Counted from the stretch's first letter, positions 20,746-31,100 are shown. The stretch: DNA of 62,970 bases from Candidatus Bathyarchaeia archaeon (GCA_050012255.1 JBEKHN010000014.1:1-62970), one strand, 5' to 3'. Translations and numbers: made by a program. The notes: generated by a model not told the origin, from the letters alone.

Positions 20746-20884
20746 GAGAGGAGCTTGGGAAGTAGATCACAGTCGGCCACTTTCGAGAGGCGGGACTGAC
20801 TACCTAAGAAACCTTGTTCCTTCCTGCGTTGAATGTAACCGTAGCAAGGGTGATTTGGGAACACGTGAATTTGGAAACTACTAG
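20740..20884 (+). pseudogene. HNH endonuclease 3' fragment
   Basis: [34 protein letters not shown] with no start or N-terminal CxxC. Confidence 0.75.
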
Positions 20885-20942
20885 CGAAAGATTATATCTG
20901 GATTCAGGGCGCGCTCTTGGTGGATCATAGCTTGATTGTGCC

Positions 20943-21016
20943 GTTCAAAAATATTGAACATACGTAAAATATTGAACAAGTTCAGTAAAACTGAACATAT
21001 AAATACTTCACTGAAC
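20943..21016 (+). promoter_or_regulatory. Operator/promoter: two GTTCA-N7-TGAAC inverted repeats, extra TGAAC half-sites and a TATA box
   Basis: 20943-20959 and 20980-20996; TATAAATA at 20998. Confidence 0.65.
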
Positions 21017-21028
21017 AATGATCGCATT

Positions 21029-22051
21029 ATGGTCAGAAGCATATTCACAGGAAAATCCAGCAGAGTAGTCCGCGTTCTACTATCAAAACCTACAGGAACA
21101 TGGAGAACCCGAGAACTGGCATTGGAAGCCAAAGCCAGTTTAGGGACGGTCTCCACAGTCACAAACAAGCTAATCGACATGGGTTTTCTGGTTAGAGACA
21201 GATCAATGCGCCTTAAGCTACGTAAAGAGGAAGAACTACTCAGAAGATGGGCATCGTTCTACGACCCGAATATTTTGCCACACAAGACGTATTATGCTCA
21301 AGGTACGGTATATGAAATAGGGAGAGCGCTGGCGAAGACAGCAATGCGATATGGTCTAGAATATGCGTTCACAGGACCCTTCGCAACAGATCTTCTCACG
21401 CAATACATCAGACCCGCAGAGATTCACATGTACCTAACGAATGAAGACGATTTGAAAAAAATCGTAGATGACCTAAGTCTTGAAATTGCTGAAATCGGTG
21501 GGAATGTGATTTTCCTAATAGCCGAAGACGAGTCAGTTCTATACGGATTAAGAAATACGACAGATGACAGAGTTGGCACGGTCTCAGTGGTTTCGGAGGT
21601 TCAATTAGTTCTAGATTTGTTCAACCTCACCGACAGAACGAGAGAAGCAGCCGAACGGCTCTTGACCAAGAATCTCGAAAGAAAGACTCAAGGAATGGAC
21701 CTAATTGAACTTGCCATGCGGTTTTTCGAGCAAAAAGGACTAACCGCTGAGAAGGCACGAACAACAGGCCCCGTACAGCAACCTGACATAATCCTTTTTG
21801 ACCCAAAGACTGAGGAATACATTCTGGTCGAATGCAAGAACACAACCGCAAAACTGGAAGCCGTGGACCAGTTGAAAAAGGCAATTGCATCTTTCCCAAA
21901 GAAAGCAAAAGGTGTTATAGTCGCACCACGCATAACTGGCGCTGCAATGAAGGAATTGGAGAAGGCACAACTGACATTTGAATCCATAGAGGCGATCGAA
22001 CGTGGTCTACACAAAGGCACAAATCGAAACATCTTACAAAGCATTGAATGA
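21029..22051 (+). CDS. wHTH AbiEi-like antitoxin fused to a C-terminal PD-(D/E)xK (Mrr-like) nuclease domain
   Basis: RELALEAKASLGTVS HTH, YAFTGPFA, VSEVQLVLDL..RTREAAE, then QPDIIL..LVECK. Confidence 0.75.
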   Translation: MVRSIFTGKSSRVVRVLLSKPTGTWRTRELALEAKASLGTVSTVTNKLIDMGFLVRDRSMRLKLRKEEELLRRWASFYDPNILPHKTYYAQGTVYEIGRALAKTAMRYGLEYAFTGPFATDLLTQYIRPAEIHMYLTNEDDLKKIVDDLSLEIAEIGGNVIFLIAEDESVLYGLRNTTDDRVGTVSVVSEVQLVLDLFNLTDRTREAAERLLTKNLERKTQGMDLIELAMRFFEQKGLTAEKARTTGPVQQPDIILFDPKTEEYILVECKNTTAKLEAVDQLKKAIASFPKKAKGVIVAPRITGAAMKELEKAQLTFESIEAIERGLHKGTNRNILQSIE

Positions 22052-22151
22052 AATCAGTGAAGCGTTCAATCGCAACAAAGCGCGCGCGCTATCCTCTGCA
22101 AAAGCGAAAAAGGTTTCACTTCAGAAGATTTATCGATGCACAAAAGCCTGA
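22002..22151 (+). pseudogene. 5' remnant of a nucleotidyltransferase toxin, broken at the CG motif
   Basis: MVYTKAQIETSYKALNEI parallels MLYEPSETKTSQKQLKQI at 35619; similarity ends at GCGCGCGCGC (22080). Confidence 0.5.
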
Positions 22152-22160
22152 AGGAAGTGT

Positions 22161-22274
22161 TCAGACCCGTTTCTTTGTTCTCTTGGATCCGCTGTTCAGA
22201 CCTTTCAGTATTGCATAGTTTTCCCTAATGCTTTCATGAAGAACGGCAACGGGGTCTTTTCGGCACTTTGCCAT
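22161..22274 (-). CDS. 37-aa small ORF overlapping the Fic/Doc 3' end, possible partner
   Basis: MAKCRKDPVAVLHESIRENYAILKGLNSGSKRTKKRV; below the ORF track cut-off. Confidence 0.35.
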   Translation of the reverse strand: MAKCRKDPVAVLHESIRENYAILKGLNSGSKRTKKRV

Positions 22275-22629
22275 CTCTTAACCACGCTTCTATCTCAATC
22301 ACATTATAAGACTTGATGTCTTTTATAAACCTGATTACTTTCAGCTCATCATCAACCCTTATTCTTTCTCCGTTCATTCGCAGGAAAATGTCTGTAATTG
22401 CGTAGGCCGTACGGTGATTTCCGTCGCAGAATATCCTTACATCTACAAGTCTCCTCAGGAGAACCGCTGCCTTTCCACATATGCCCTTCGTCCTTTTCAT
22501 TTCTTTCAAAACGACATCGAGCAATTGGATGCCTCTCTCGAAACCAGCATGACCACCAAACTCCGACAGCATCTCTTCGTGGGTTTTCAGAACAAGATTC
22601 TTGCCAGGATACCAAGTTCTAGTTGGCAC
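22234..22629 (-). CDS. Fic/Doc family protein
   Basis: KAAVLL..RIFCDGNHRTA..FLRMNG. Confidence 0.8.
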   Translation of the reverse strand: MPTRTWYPGKNLVLKTHEEMLSEFGGHAGFERGIQLLDVVLKEMKRTKGICGKAAVLLRRLVDVRIFCDGNHRTAYAITDIFLRMNGERIRVDDELKVIRFIKDIKSYNVIEIEAWLRDGKVPKRPRCRSS

Positions 22630-22717
22630 GCTTCCTAATTGTCATGACAAGATTAAAGGATAGCGTTTCGCCGCCAACGCGCGCTAAGCACTGACTAAAC
22701 CAATGTAACATTGGCTT

Positions 22718-24742
22718 TCATGCAGCCTTTATTTGTGAAATCCCGTCTTTCTTTTCGATTTTCATGACTTGGTCGGCGAAGCTTTCTAGCTCTCTCTCGT
22801 GTGAAACCATGATTACTTGTGGGCATTTGAGTTCGTCTAGTATCTCTCTTATCTTGAACAGCTGTTCTTTGCTGAAGCCGTCGGTAGGTTCGTCAAGTAT
22901 TAGAAGGTTGGACTTGATTCCCGCTGAGACTTTCTGCACGATGGTGTTAAGTGACAGTCTATAAGCTAAGGCTAGGCTGGTTTTTTCGCCGCCGCTCAGA
23001 TAGTTGTAGTCTTGTTCATAGCCGTCCTGTTCAACTATCGGCGTGAAATCCTCGTCAATGCGGCTTTCTTTGCCAGGGTCGTCGACGAGCATCGTCCACC
23101 ATTTCTGAAAGTGCTGATTAAACTCCTGGTTTATGTTCATCATCACGTGAGTTTCGATCGACTGCAAAGTGGGCACGAAAAACTCCTCAAGCCACATCTG
23201 ATATTCCTTCAGTCTCTCCCCGGCTTTTCTCCCCTTCTCCTTAGCCTGGATCTCCACTTCCAGCTCGTCAACTTCTCTTGTGAGCATTTCACGGGTCCTC
23301 TGGCTTCCAGAGATGTCCTTTTCGACCTTGGTGAGCTGCCGCTCATCTTCTTTCAGTTCCTTGGATAATCCTTCAATCTCAGTCGAGATCCTGTTAAACT
23401 CCTCAACGTGTTGCATAGCCTTCTCAAGCCTGTCTCTTGCATGCGTAACCTGTTCTCTCAGCTTCTGAGCTTTTTCACGGGCCTTTTCTATCCTCTCCTG
23501 GTTCTTCTTGACGCGTTCGGCCAAGGTCTGCAGTCTATCTTGGGCTTTCTTGTATTCTCTGAGCGATTCTTGCAGGAGTCCTATATCTTCGATTCTTCTT
23601 TCACAGGCGACGACTTCTTCTGACGCGCTACTTTTCTCTTCTTTTTTGAGCCTGATCTTCTCTTCAAACTCCTCTGGGTCCGCTGGTCTGTCGCATGTTG
23701 GGCAGACCTTGTTTCTTTCAACAGACTCATAATCACTTATCTTTGCACCTATGACATCCTGCGCCGACCTCATCTCTCGCTCTTTTTCCCTCGCTGTCCT
23801 CAATTCTTCTTTTAGCTGGTCCTCAGTCTTCGGCGTAGGCTCCTGCATCTTGCTCAGTCTTTCCATCTCGGGATGCGGTTTTCCTGTTTCCGCCGCAAGC
23901 TCTTCAACCTCATTTTCGAGGTTAACAACTTCACTATTCTTGTCTTTGATATCCGCTTCTAGGAGGGGAACTTCACCTGCAGCTTTTACGAGCTGCTCCG
24001 TGTTTTTCCGTAGTGCATTGACCTTCTCTCGCAGCGTGGTCACTTTTCCATCAAGATCCGCCCTGTTCCTGCCTAGGCTTGTCAGTTCTTCCTCGCACTT
24101 TGCGATTTCGCCCTTTTTTGTCCTGCATTTTTCTCTGCGGCTCTCGAGGTCGGAAGCGTGTGACGCTAGCTTGATCGACTTTTGGTTAATCGAATTCGCC
24201 AGAGTTTTCGAGTTGTCCTGTGCGATTCGGTAATCCTCGATTCTGAACGCTTTCCGAAGAGTCTGCAGCCTAGAGTCTGCCCTCATCCAGATGATTGCTT
24301 TCATCTCTTCCTGCGGCGTGAAAATCGCGTACCTGAAGATGACGCTCTGCGCCTTGGGGTCTGCCGGTTCGTTGAAGGCGAGTATGTCAAGAATCCTTTG
24401 TTTCATTTCGGAAGCTGATAACTGCAGAACCGTGCCCTCGGTTTTGAGGGCGCAATCGGATTGCTGGATACTCTTGGCTTTTCTCTCCAGGCTGCGGCAG
24501 GCTTCATACTCTTTCCCGTCCACTTCGAAGCACAGTGTTACTAGACCTTTTTTTGCGCCGGCCTTAAGCAGGGCTCCGCCCTTCTGTGAGCCTAATCCGA
24601 ACAGCGCGAATTCTATTGCCATCAGGATGGTTGACTTTCCCGAACCTATATCGCCCTCAAACAATGTCGTGCCCATGGGAAAAGTGATTGCCTGCTCGTT
24701 GTAGCTTCTGATGTTTTCAAGCCTGAGCGATTTGAGTATCAC
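22718..24742 (-). CDS. rad50: DNA double-strand break repair ATPase Rad50 (short, 674 aa)
   Basis: NIRSY, GDIGSGKST, CPTC zinc hook, LSGGE, LILDEPT, VSH. Confidence 0.92.
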   Translation of the reverse strand: MILKSLRLENIRSYNEQAITFPMGTTLFEGDIGSGKSTILMAIEFALFGLGSQKGGALLKAGAKKGLVTLCFEVDGKEYEACRSLERKAKSIQQSDCALKTEGTVLQLSASEMKQRILDILAFNEPADPKAQSVIFRYAIFTPQEEMKAIIWMRADSRLQTLRKAFRIEDYRIAQDNSKTLANSINQKSIKLASHASDLESRREKCRTKKGEIAKCEEELTSLGRNRADLDGKVTTLREKVNALRKNTEQLVKAAGEVPLLEADIKDKNSEVVNLENEVEELAAETGKPHPEMERLSKMQEPTPKTEDQLKEELRTAREKEREMRSAQDVIGAKISDYESVERNKVCPTCDRPADPEEFEEKIRLKKEEKSSASEEVVACERRIEDIGLLQESLREYKKAQDRLQTLAERVKKNQERIEKAREKAQKLREQVTHARDRLEKAMQHVEEFNRISTEIEGLSKELKEDERQLTKVEKDISGSQRTREMLTREVDELEVEIQAKEKGRKAGERLKEYQMWLEEFFVPTLQSIETHVMMNINQEFNQHFQKWWTMLVDDPGKESRIDEDFTPIVEQDGYEQDYNYLSGGEKTSLALAYRLSLNTIVQKVSAGIKSNLLILDEPTDGFSKEQLFKIREILDELKCPQVIMVSHERELESFADQVMKIEKKDGISQIKAA

Positions 24743-25995
24743 TAACGTTCATCTCCTAGGCCCAGTGAAGCCCACGCGTGCTTCTGGACGCGTTCCTCAT
24801 AGTCCTTCTTTGTCTCGTTAACCCTCTGCTCCTGCCTCAAGATCTTCAGCAAGTCCTCCGCGAGTTTGGCGCCTTTGTCGGCTTTGAGCTCCTCCACAGA
24901 AACTTTGACGGCCCCTATGTTCTCCCTGAGAAGTCTACTCTCGACGGCAGGGACGTCTTCGTCCATAACCGCGACCGGCGTATAATCCTTGGATGAGAGC
25001 CCATAGCGATTCACGATCACGTCTAACGCACCGTTGTCTTTCAGCAGGTCTCTGATCTCGCTTGAGCTGACCTCTGAAGTCTTGCCTCCGGAGAGTGTTC
25101 CCTTTATCTTGACAACGGCAATCTTGTCTTGAACTTCAATCTTGCCTAGCTTGTCAAGCAGGGCTTTCCTGGCTTGCACCGAGTTCTTATCAGTCACGTC
25201 GTACTCGAAGTATTCGAAACCGCATACGGATATTTCGATGAACTTCACGTCTTGCACTATGTCATCAAAGTACACTATGTAGAAGCCTCTCTCCTCGCCT
25301 TTGGCAGTGTCCTCCAAGTCTCTCGGATACCCTGCGAAAAGCGTCCCTGGGAAAACCACTCTTTCGTACCCTGGAAACCCTGATTCTGTCCTCCGGTGTA
25401 CGTGGCCGCTTGCGTAATAGTTAAAGCCTTTCGGGAGCAGAGACACCGGAACAGACTCCATCTGCGCCAAGAGCTCTGGCTTCAGCTCTGAGATTGCGCT
25501 GTGGAAAGCGAATATCTTGAAGCCCTGCTCCTCTTCTAAGTGTTCTCGGTCGAGGATTTCAAAATAGTTCTTTTCCAGCCCTGCTTTTCTGCCCGATATG
25601 CCGACGAGCTTTGCCTTCGTCTTCGGGTCTGTGAACACTTCCAGCCTGAGCTTGCCGTCTACGACTTCTCCTTTCACCACCTTCTTGATGAGGCCTGTGC
25701 TGTCAAGAATATCGATTATCGACGTGGCATTCGGGCTGTAGTCGTGGCTTCCATAGATGACGTAGATAGGAATGCCTGCATCCTTGACCTCCTTCATCTT
25801 CTTAACGGCTTCATTGGCAACGTGCATGTCCGGAAGGTTGGCGTGAAACAGGTCTCCGGCTATCAGAACAAAGTCAACCTTCTCCTGCACGCAGGTTTCC
25901 ATGGCTTTGCTGAACGCGGCTAGTTCCAGTTTTTCCAGAACTGGGTCTCTGTTTGCCCCTATGTGAATGTCTGCCAGATGAGCAAATTTGAACAT
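24742..25995 (-). CDS. mre11: Mre11 nuclease
   Basis: HLADIHIG, AGDLFH, GSHD, FHSA, ASGHVH. Confidence 0.92.
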   Translation of the reverse strand: MFKFAHLADIHIGANRDPVLEKLELAAFSKAMETCVQEKVDFVLIAGDLFHANLPDMHVANEAVKKMKEVKDAGIPIYVIYGSHDYSPNATSIIDILDSTGLIKKVVKGEVVDGKLRLEVFTDPKTKAKLVGISGRKAGLEKNYFEILDREHLEEEQGFKIFAFHSAISELKPELLAQMESVPVSLLPKGFNYYASGHVHRRTESGFPGYERVVFPGTLFAGYPRDLEDTAKGEERGFYIVYFDDIVQDVKFIEISVCGFEYFEYDVTDKNSVQARKALLDKLGKIEVQDKIAVVKIKGTLSGGKTSEVSSSEIRDLLKDNGALDVIVNRYGLSSKDYTPVAVMDEDVPAVESRLLRENIGAVKVSVEELKADKGAKLAEDLLKILRQEQRVNETKKDYEERVQKHAWASLGLGDER

Positions 25996-25999
25996 GGCA

Positions 26000-27541
26000 T
26001 TACCCCACAAAAACCGTTTTCTCTTTCCGCTTCACCTGCGACTTGTCTTCAACATAATCTTCGAACAGAGGTATCTGGATGGGCACGGCGAATCGTGTGA
26101 AGTTGCTGCTCACGATGGCTTCTCCCTTGTCCAAGCTTGCGATGGTTCTATCGTCCGATGACAGGTCCTGTGCGGCGCTGTTCATCACAGCCTGCCTCTC
26201 GGCTGCCAGTTCGTTTCCAAGGATTATCTTGGTGTTCATGTTTGCAAGTATCGTTCCCGGAATCAAGCTGGCCAGCTGAGTTATGGCGATTAAGCCTACT
26301 TGGAATTTTCTGCCTTCTCTTGCAATCGTGCTGTAAATGTTGTCTCCACGCGTAGCAAGCACGTCTGCGCCTAGAACTCTGGGCGCTTCCTCAATCACGA
26401 CGCTTACCACGGGCTTTTGTTCCAGCGTGCCCTCAGACTTGTACCTCTGATACTTGTAAAAGATTCCGCTTGAGACGATGCTTCCTATGAGCAGTTCGGC
26501 TTCGTCGAGCAGTTTTGACGTGTCGATAATAACCTTTTTCCCATCTTCAAGAGCCTTCGAAATTTCCCTGGTAGTGGCTAAACCCGCCGTGTCGCTGAAG
26601 ACGCCGCTTCTGCACTGAAAATCGCCGCTGTCATCTATGTACACGCCTAGCACGTTGTCGAACTTCCTCTTCAACACCTCAAGCGTTCTAGGGGCAACAG
26701 CATCACCGATGTCGGTTCCCCGCACGATGTTCTCTATCCACTGGTCCCTGAACCGGTGATAGTACAAAGATATGGCATCATGCTGAGCATCCGTGAACTC
26801 TACAATTCCTTGGAAATGCGAAGGCAAAATCGACCTCAGATTAATGACAAGAGTATTTGTTCCCGCAACAGGGTTCGTGGAATAGTACAGCAAGTTCTGC
26901 TTCGCCATGGAATTATCTTTCAGCCCCTTCCCATGCCTGCCGTAATATTCATCATGCGGGTCCAGAACCAGTATGCCAAGACAGTCCTGGGCCAGAACGC
27001 TCCACAACATGACCTTGACAAGGTTGCTCTTTCCCCTTCCAGTGGTAGCCGGAATCAACACGTGATGCGTGAGCATGTCCTTTCCATTAACATAGACGTC
27101 CACATCCAGTATCTTCGACCCACTTCTGACTTTTCCAAGATACACGGGGCTCTCTGGCTTGGTGAGAAAACCAAGATCTTTCTCGGCAACGTGTCTGATT
27201 GTGGAAAAGAACTTGGGAAGGGTCTTGGGTATCTTCAATTCATTGTTCTTGCCGACCCGTAAGAGTGCCTTGATCTGTGCTATAACATAGTTCCGTAACT
27301 GTGGCTCAAGAAAATCCAAGTCAACGCCCATGCCCTCAAGCTTCATGCCCGCCAGAAGCTCCCTCACTAGTTGCGGCACTTGGCTCCCATAAACAAGCTC
27401 GTAGGCCTGGAGAATCACGTATCCTCCATCTTCTTCAGCTACAAGCAAATCTCCTATCTCTATTTCTCCACCAGCCTTTTCTCTTGCCAGAATCTGCCCG
27501 GTTTTTCCCGCAATTATCTGACCTGAAACTTCCAACGTCAT
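26000..27541 (-). CDS. herA: HerA helicase/translocase
   Basis: HAS barrel N-terminus, [33 protein letters not shown]. Confidence 0.9.
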   Translation of the reverse strand: MTLEVSGQIIAGKTGQILAREKAGGEIEIGDLLVAEEDGGYVILQAYELVYGSQVPQLVRELLAGMKLEGMGVDLDFLEPQLRNYVIAQIKALLRVGKNNELKIPKTLPKFFSTIRHVAEKDLGFLTKPESPVYLGKVRSGSKILDVDVYVNGKDMLTHHVLIPATTGRGKSNLVKVMLWSVLAQDCLGILVLDPHDEYYGRHGKGLKDNSMAKQNLLYYSTNPVAGTNTLVINLRSILPSHFQGIVEFTDAQHDAISLYYHRFRDQWIENIVRGTDIGDAVAPRTLEVLKRKFDNVLGVYIDDSGDFQCRSGVFSDTAGLATTREISKALEDGKKVIIDTSKLLDEAELLIGSIVSSGIFYKYQRYKSEGTLEQKPVVSVVIEEAPRVLGADVLATRGDNIYSTIAREGRKFQVGLIAITQLASLIPGTILANMNTKIILGNELAAERQAVMNSAAQDLSSDDRTIASLDKGEAIVSSNFTRFAVPIQIPLFEDYVEDKSQVKRKEKTVFVG

Positions 27542-27548
27542 ATCCCGA

Positions 27549-28670
27549 TCAACCCTTCAACAAGCCTAACACGCCGTGAGCGTCACCGGAGCAAATATGC
27601 CTCGACATCTTCTTCCACTTACCATGTTTCGATATTTCGGACATAAGCGGCACTCTATACGCATCTATCTCATCAACGCTCACTCTTGCAAAATTGTCAG
27701 CATCTATTAGGCCATAAGGATACCCAGGGAAGCTTATGTCTTTCGAATTGCTCGCCACGGCGGAAGTGACCCTGCAAAAGTCTTCTTCACTCATTCTCCT
27801 TGCCTGCTCACCATAAATCTCATACCTGAAAACATACCTTGCACTCTCATGCAGCTTGACCACGTAAATGAAGGCATTATGCAACACGTTAGCAACCTTA
27901 GCTATATGAAGACACCAAGGACCCTTCACCGCATAATCCTCAGCCAACTTCTGCACAGCACCCAACAAGGAAAGACCAGTGGTCGTGAACAGAGTACTCG
28001 TCTTCGAAATCCCAGCAAAAACGACCCCTTTGTTCACCGTTGCCTCAACCGCTCGCGCCAGGTACTTGTACTCATTAGTAAGACTCGTCTGCAAACTGCC
28101 ATCATGAACAATCATATCTCCCCTCTCAAGCTCCTTTTCAATAACATGCTTAGCAAACTCCCACTCAGCAAACCTCCTCGCGACAGAAGCAACATGCTGA
28201 ATGTCTGCCCTCTGACTTCCAATTGTAACCGTTCTGTCAAGCGAACTAAACGATAGGAACTGATCAGGGACGAAGCCCTCGAACTCAGGCTTCAGAGGAA
28301 AAACCGAAGTATCATAATAAATTCCATCATCTCTGTAATTCGCCGTCGTTGCAGAGTAAAACTCCACCTTTCTGGGCAAAGACTTAGGAAGAATTCTTTC
28401 TCGACCTTTGAAAATGTTGAAGTAAACCCTGTTCATCTGAACTGAAAAGTTCGGCGCACCAATCATTTCATGGTTTCCACCATCCACGAAAGCCGTGCGT
28501 ATGCTCGGTTCCATATCTTGAATTGGAACAAAATTGGCAGTGGGAAACGGCAACGTTTCATAGTCTGGATTGCCGAAATACGGCTGACCCAAGTCACTTT
28601 CCTCAATTTCCAAATCTAGAAACTCTGCTACTCTCTTCGAAACATCTGCAGACATGTGCTTATCACACAA
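27549..28670 (-). CDS. nurA: NurA nuclease
   Basis: [36 protein letters not shown]. Confidence 0.9.
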   Translation of the reverse strand: MCDKHMSADVSKRVAEFLDLEIEESDLGQPYFGNPDYETLPFPTANFVPIQDMEPSIRTAFVDGGNHEMIGAPNFSVQMNRVYFNIFKGRERILPKSLPRKVEFYSATTANYRDDGIYYDTSVFPLKPEFEGFVPDQFLSFSSLDRTVTIGSQRADIQHVASVARRFAEWEFAKHVIEKELERGDMIVHDGSLQTSLTNEYKYLARAVEATVNKGVVFAGISKTSTLFTTTGLSLLGAVQKLAEDYAVKGPWCLHIAKVANVLHNAFIYVVKLHESARYVFRYEIYGEQARRMSEEDFCRVTSAVASNSKDISFPGYPYGLIDADNFARVSVDEIDAYRVPLMSEISKHGKWKKMSRHICSGDAHGVLGLLKG

Positions 28671-28812
28671 CGATATACGTATGCTTTCAACTCATTAAAA
28701 GAGTATTTCAACAATGCACGCTTCATGAAGGGTTTCATCTCACTCAGCACCGTGACGAAGGAGTTAATTATAAATAATAAACGTGAAGACATAAGACGTT
28801 CAGGGTCAACCT

Positions 28813-29007
28813 ATGACTAAAGAAGTTGATAAAGGACTAAAGAAGATCGGTCTCACAATGTCCAAGCCAGTGCTGGCTGCAATTGCCATAATATTCGGTC
28901 TGCTAGTCATAGCATTTCACGACTTGCTTCAGTGGATCGTCGGATTGTACTTCATAATACAGGGCATACTGCTTTTCATAGACTACTATGAACTGAGAAG
29001 AAAATAG
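28813..29007 (+). CDS. Small two-TM membrane protein (DUF3096-like)
   Basis: AIIFGLLVIAF..LLQWIVGLYFIIQGIL; TTATAAAT upstream. Confidence 0.7.
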   Translation: MTKEVDKGLKKIGLTMSKPVLAAIAIIFGLLVIAFHDLLQWIVGLYFIIQGILLFIDYYELRRK

Positions 29008-29342
29008 TGTACAGCAGAACAGAATTCCCCACACTTTTTCTCCAATGCGAACGGAATTTTACTTTCTACAACACTTTCATGTCATACTATGAAAAATACA
29101 CTAGACGATTGGCGGTTACATCGTTGCTGTCTGGCTAGTAAGGGTCATACTCATCTCTCTGTTTGTCCCAGCCACAGCGGCCACAGCGGCAACACTGTGG
29201 CATGTTTGAACAAGATCACTAACTGAGATGATGTGAATAGCTCTCGCTTTCTGGGCACATCATTCATCAGTCCGCATATGCGGCTTTTCTTCAAATCATT
29301 GATTAATCAACGATCCGGATGCTAGCTAACACCGGCGCACGC

Positions 29343-30272
29343 TCAAATCTTAGGTGAAGAAAGGTCGAAGAATTCCTTCGACGTTTCGAGCATTTCTTGG
29401 AAGAGACGTTCATTTCCAAAATAGTATTCATTCTTCTTTTTCAAAGCATCTGAGTTGCACAGTTCAAGCAGGCCAGCTCGCAGTTCAAGTTTTGACCGCG
29501 CTCGGTACTGAGCAATGTAGCGGTTAAACAGTGATTCGGCTCTTAACAAGAGAATCTTCTCAGCTTCTAACGCGGGCATGTAATAGCAACTGTCCAGATG
29601 TACAAGGGTCTCAAATTGCCTGAGATGGAATACTTCTTTGAGCATTGGGTAGCGCTCCTTCACGACGTATGCCAGAACCTGAGTGAGGAACTCTGAATCA
29701 TCCTTCGCTTTCCTCCTCATTTCGGTGAAAATGTTGCCGTACGTGTATCCTTCCTGCTCTTTTCGTAGCAGCTGCAGATCCTCCAGCAAACGGACCCATT
29801 TGAGATAATTTTCCCTTAGCGCTTCCAGTTCTTCAAACGAAATTACAGTCGTCTCCTCTTCAAGGAAATTCGACAAGATAGTCCTGATAGGGTTTAGAAA
29901 GACTTGGGCCATGCCGGTGCCTGCAAGTTGGAACGCCGAAGTCTTGACTATGATACTCTCGGCTCGCTCTTCCCATGTTCTCAAACGTGTTCTAAGAGTG
30001 CCCACACACTGGCTTCTTGAAGTGGAGCAGTCTTTGACTATTGCCATTTCTTCGTTGACACATACAGTTCCTATGTCTTTGATGAGAAGCGTGCGAACAA
30101 ACCGTTCTTCTGGATTGTCATTCTTGATCAATCTCGGGTAATCTGTCTTCAACTTGACTTTCCAGAGTCTTTCCCTTTCACTAAAGACAGGTTCATCTAT
30201 GGAGAGAAGGTTGCCATAGTGACTCAGAACATATTCTCTGGATTTCTTGGCAACTTGCTGCAGAACGCTCAT
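29343..30272 (-). CDS. Hypothetical protein (309 aa), coupled to the C39 peptidase
   Basis: ATGA overlap with the peptidase stop; possible wHTH-like segments. Confidence 0.75.
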   Translation of the reverse strand: MSVLQQVAKKSREYVLSHYGNLLSIDEPVFSERERLWKVKLKTDYPRLIKNDNPEERFVRTLLIKDIGTVCVNEEMAIVKDCSTSRSQCVGTLRTRLRTWEERAESIIVKTSAFQLAGTGMAQVFLNPIRTILSNFLEEETTVISFEELEALRENYLKWVRLLEDLQLLRKEQEGYTYGNIFTEMRRKAKDDSEFLTQVLAYVVKERYPMLKEVFHLRQFETLVHLDSCYYMPALEAEKILLLRAESLFNRYIAQYRARSKLELRAGLLELCNSDALKKKNEYYFGNERLFQEMLETSKEFFDLSSPKI

Positions 30273-30814
30273 CTCTCCCCATCCCTTTGCTCGGTCTTCG
30301 GAACGTATTCCGGCATGATTCTTTGTAGCTTTTCGCCTACTTTAACTTTTATCAACGTATTGTCTACCTCTCCCCAGCAAGATATGAATTTTCCCATCTC
30401 CATCTGCCTTTTCCCCCTTTGCGGATCATTGTAGTAAACAATCAACAAAGTCGTATCTAACCCTGTTACCACGACTGAATGCGAGTATGGAATTTTGATC
30501 CACGCAATTACAGGCTTACCCTGCAGTATTTCTTTCTCAATCTCAAAGAAACTGCAGTTCATTTCTGTCACGAATTCGACAGACGGAACTGTTTTCAGAA
30601 GCTTGTCATTGATTTTCTTCACATCATCCAAGGATGTTCCGAGTTCATCGGTGCCTATCGTCTCCCCGATTTCTCGGGTCTCAACATTAGGAACATAGGC
30701 ACCTGGATTTTGAGTACGAACGAACTCTAGCACCATTTTGATGCAAGCAGGAACACATGAGAAGTCATCCTCTTGATAAACCACAGGAACCTCAAGGTAT
30801 GAAGGCAAAGACAT
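30269..30814 (-). CDS. Stand-alone papain-like C39 family cysteine peptidase
   Basis: VPVVYQ...SCVPACIKMVL (Gln/Cys), HSVVVTG (His), YNDP (Asp). Confidence 0.85.
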   Translation of the reverse strand: MSLPSYLEVPVVYQEDDFSCVPACIKMVLEFVRTQNPGAYVPNVETREIGETIGTDELGTSLDDVKKINDKLLKTVPSVEFVTEMNCSFFEIEKEILQGKPVIAWIKIPYSHSVVVTGLDTTLLIVYYNDPQRGKRQMEMGKFISCWGEVDNTLIKVKVGEKLQRIMPEYVPKTEQRDGER

Positions 30815-30984
30815 GAGCGACTCCAGGACTACCTGCCTGCAATCCTCTTGTTGTTATATTTCTAAAGGTCATATCAGCTTTTTGGTAACGCTCGCATTGA
30901 CTTGTTCTTTCACAAGCCATAAAAGACGAAAAGTCCGTGGCTACGACGGATGCAGTTTGAAAACAAAACTATTTGCGTTTGCTT

Positions 30985-31100
30985 CGGTGAGCCTTAGCAG
31001 GTTAATCAAGGCCAGTCTCATTGAAAAGGCCGACAGCAAATATCGCATTGCAGACCCGATACTAGCCTATGGCATTCTTAGAGAACCTTTCAACGAATGA
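30985..31100 (+). pseudogene. 3' fragment of an archaeal ATPase C-terminal wHTH
   Basis: LSRLIKASLIEK..YRIADPIL. Confidence 0.45.

Noticed and set aside
29171-29201. GCCACAGCG tandem duplication
   Set aside because: Only two 9-bp units, with no credible ORF or other copies
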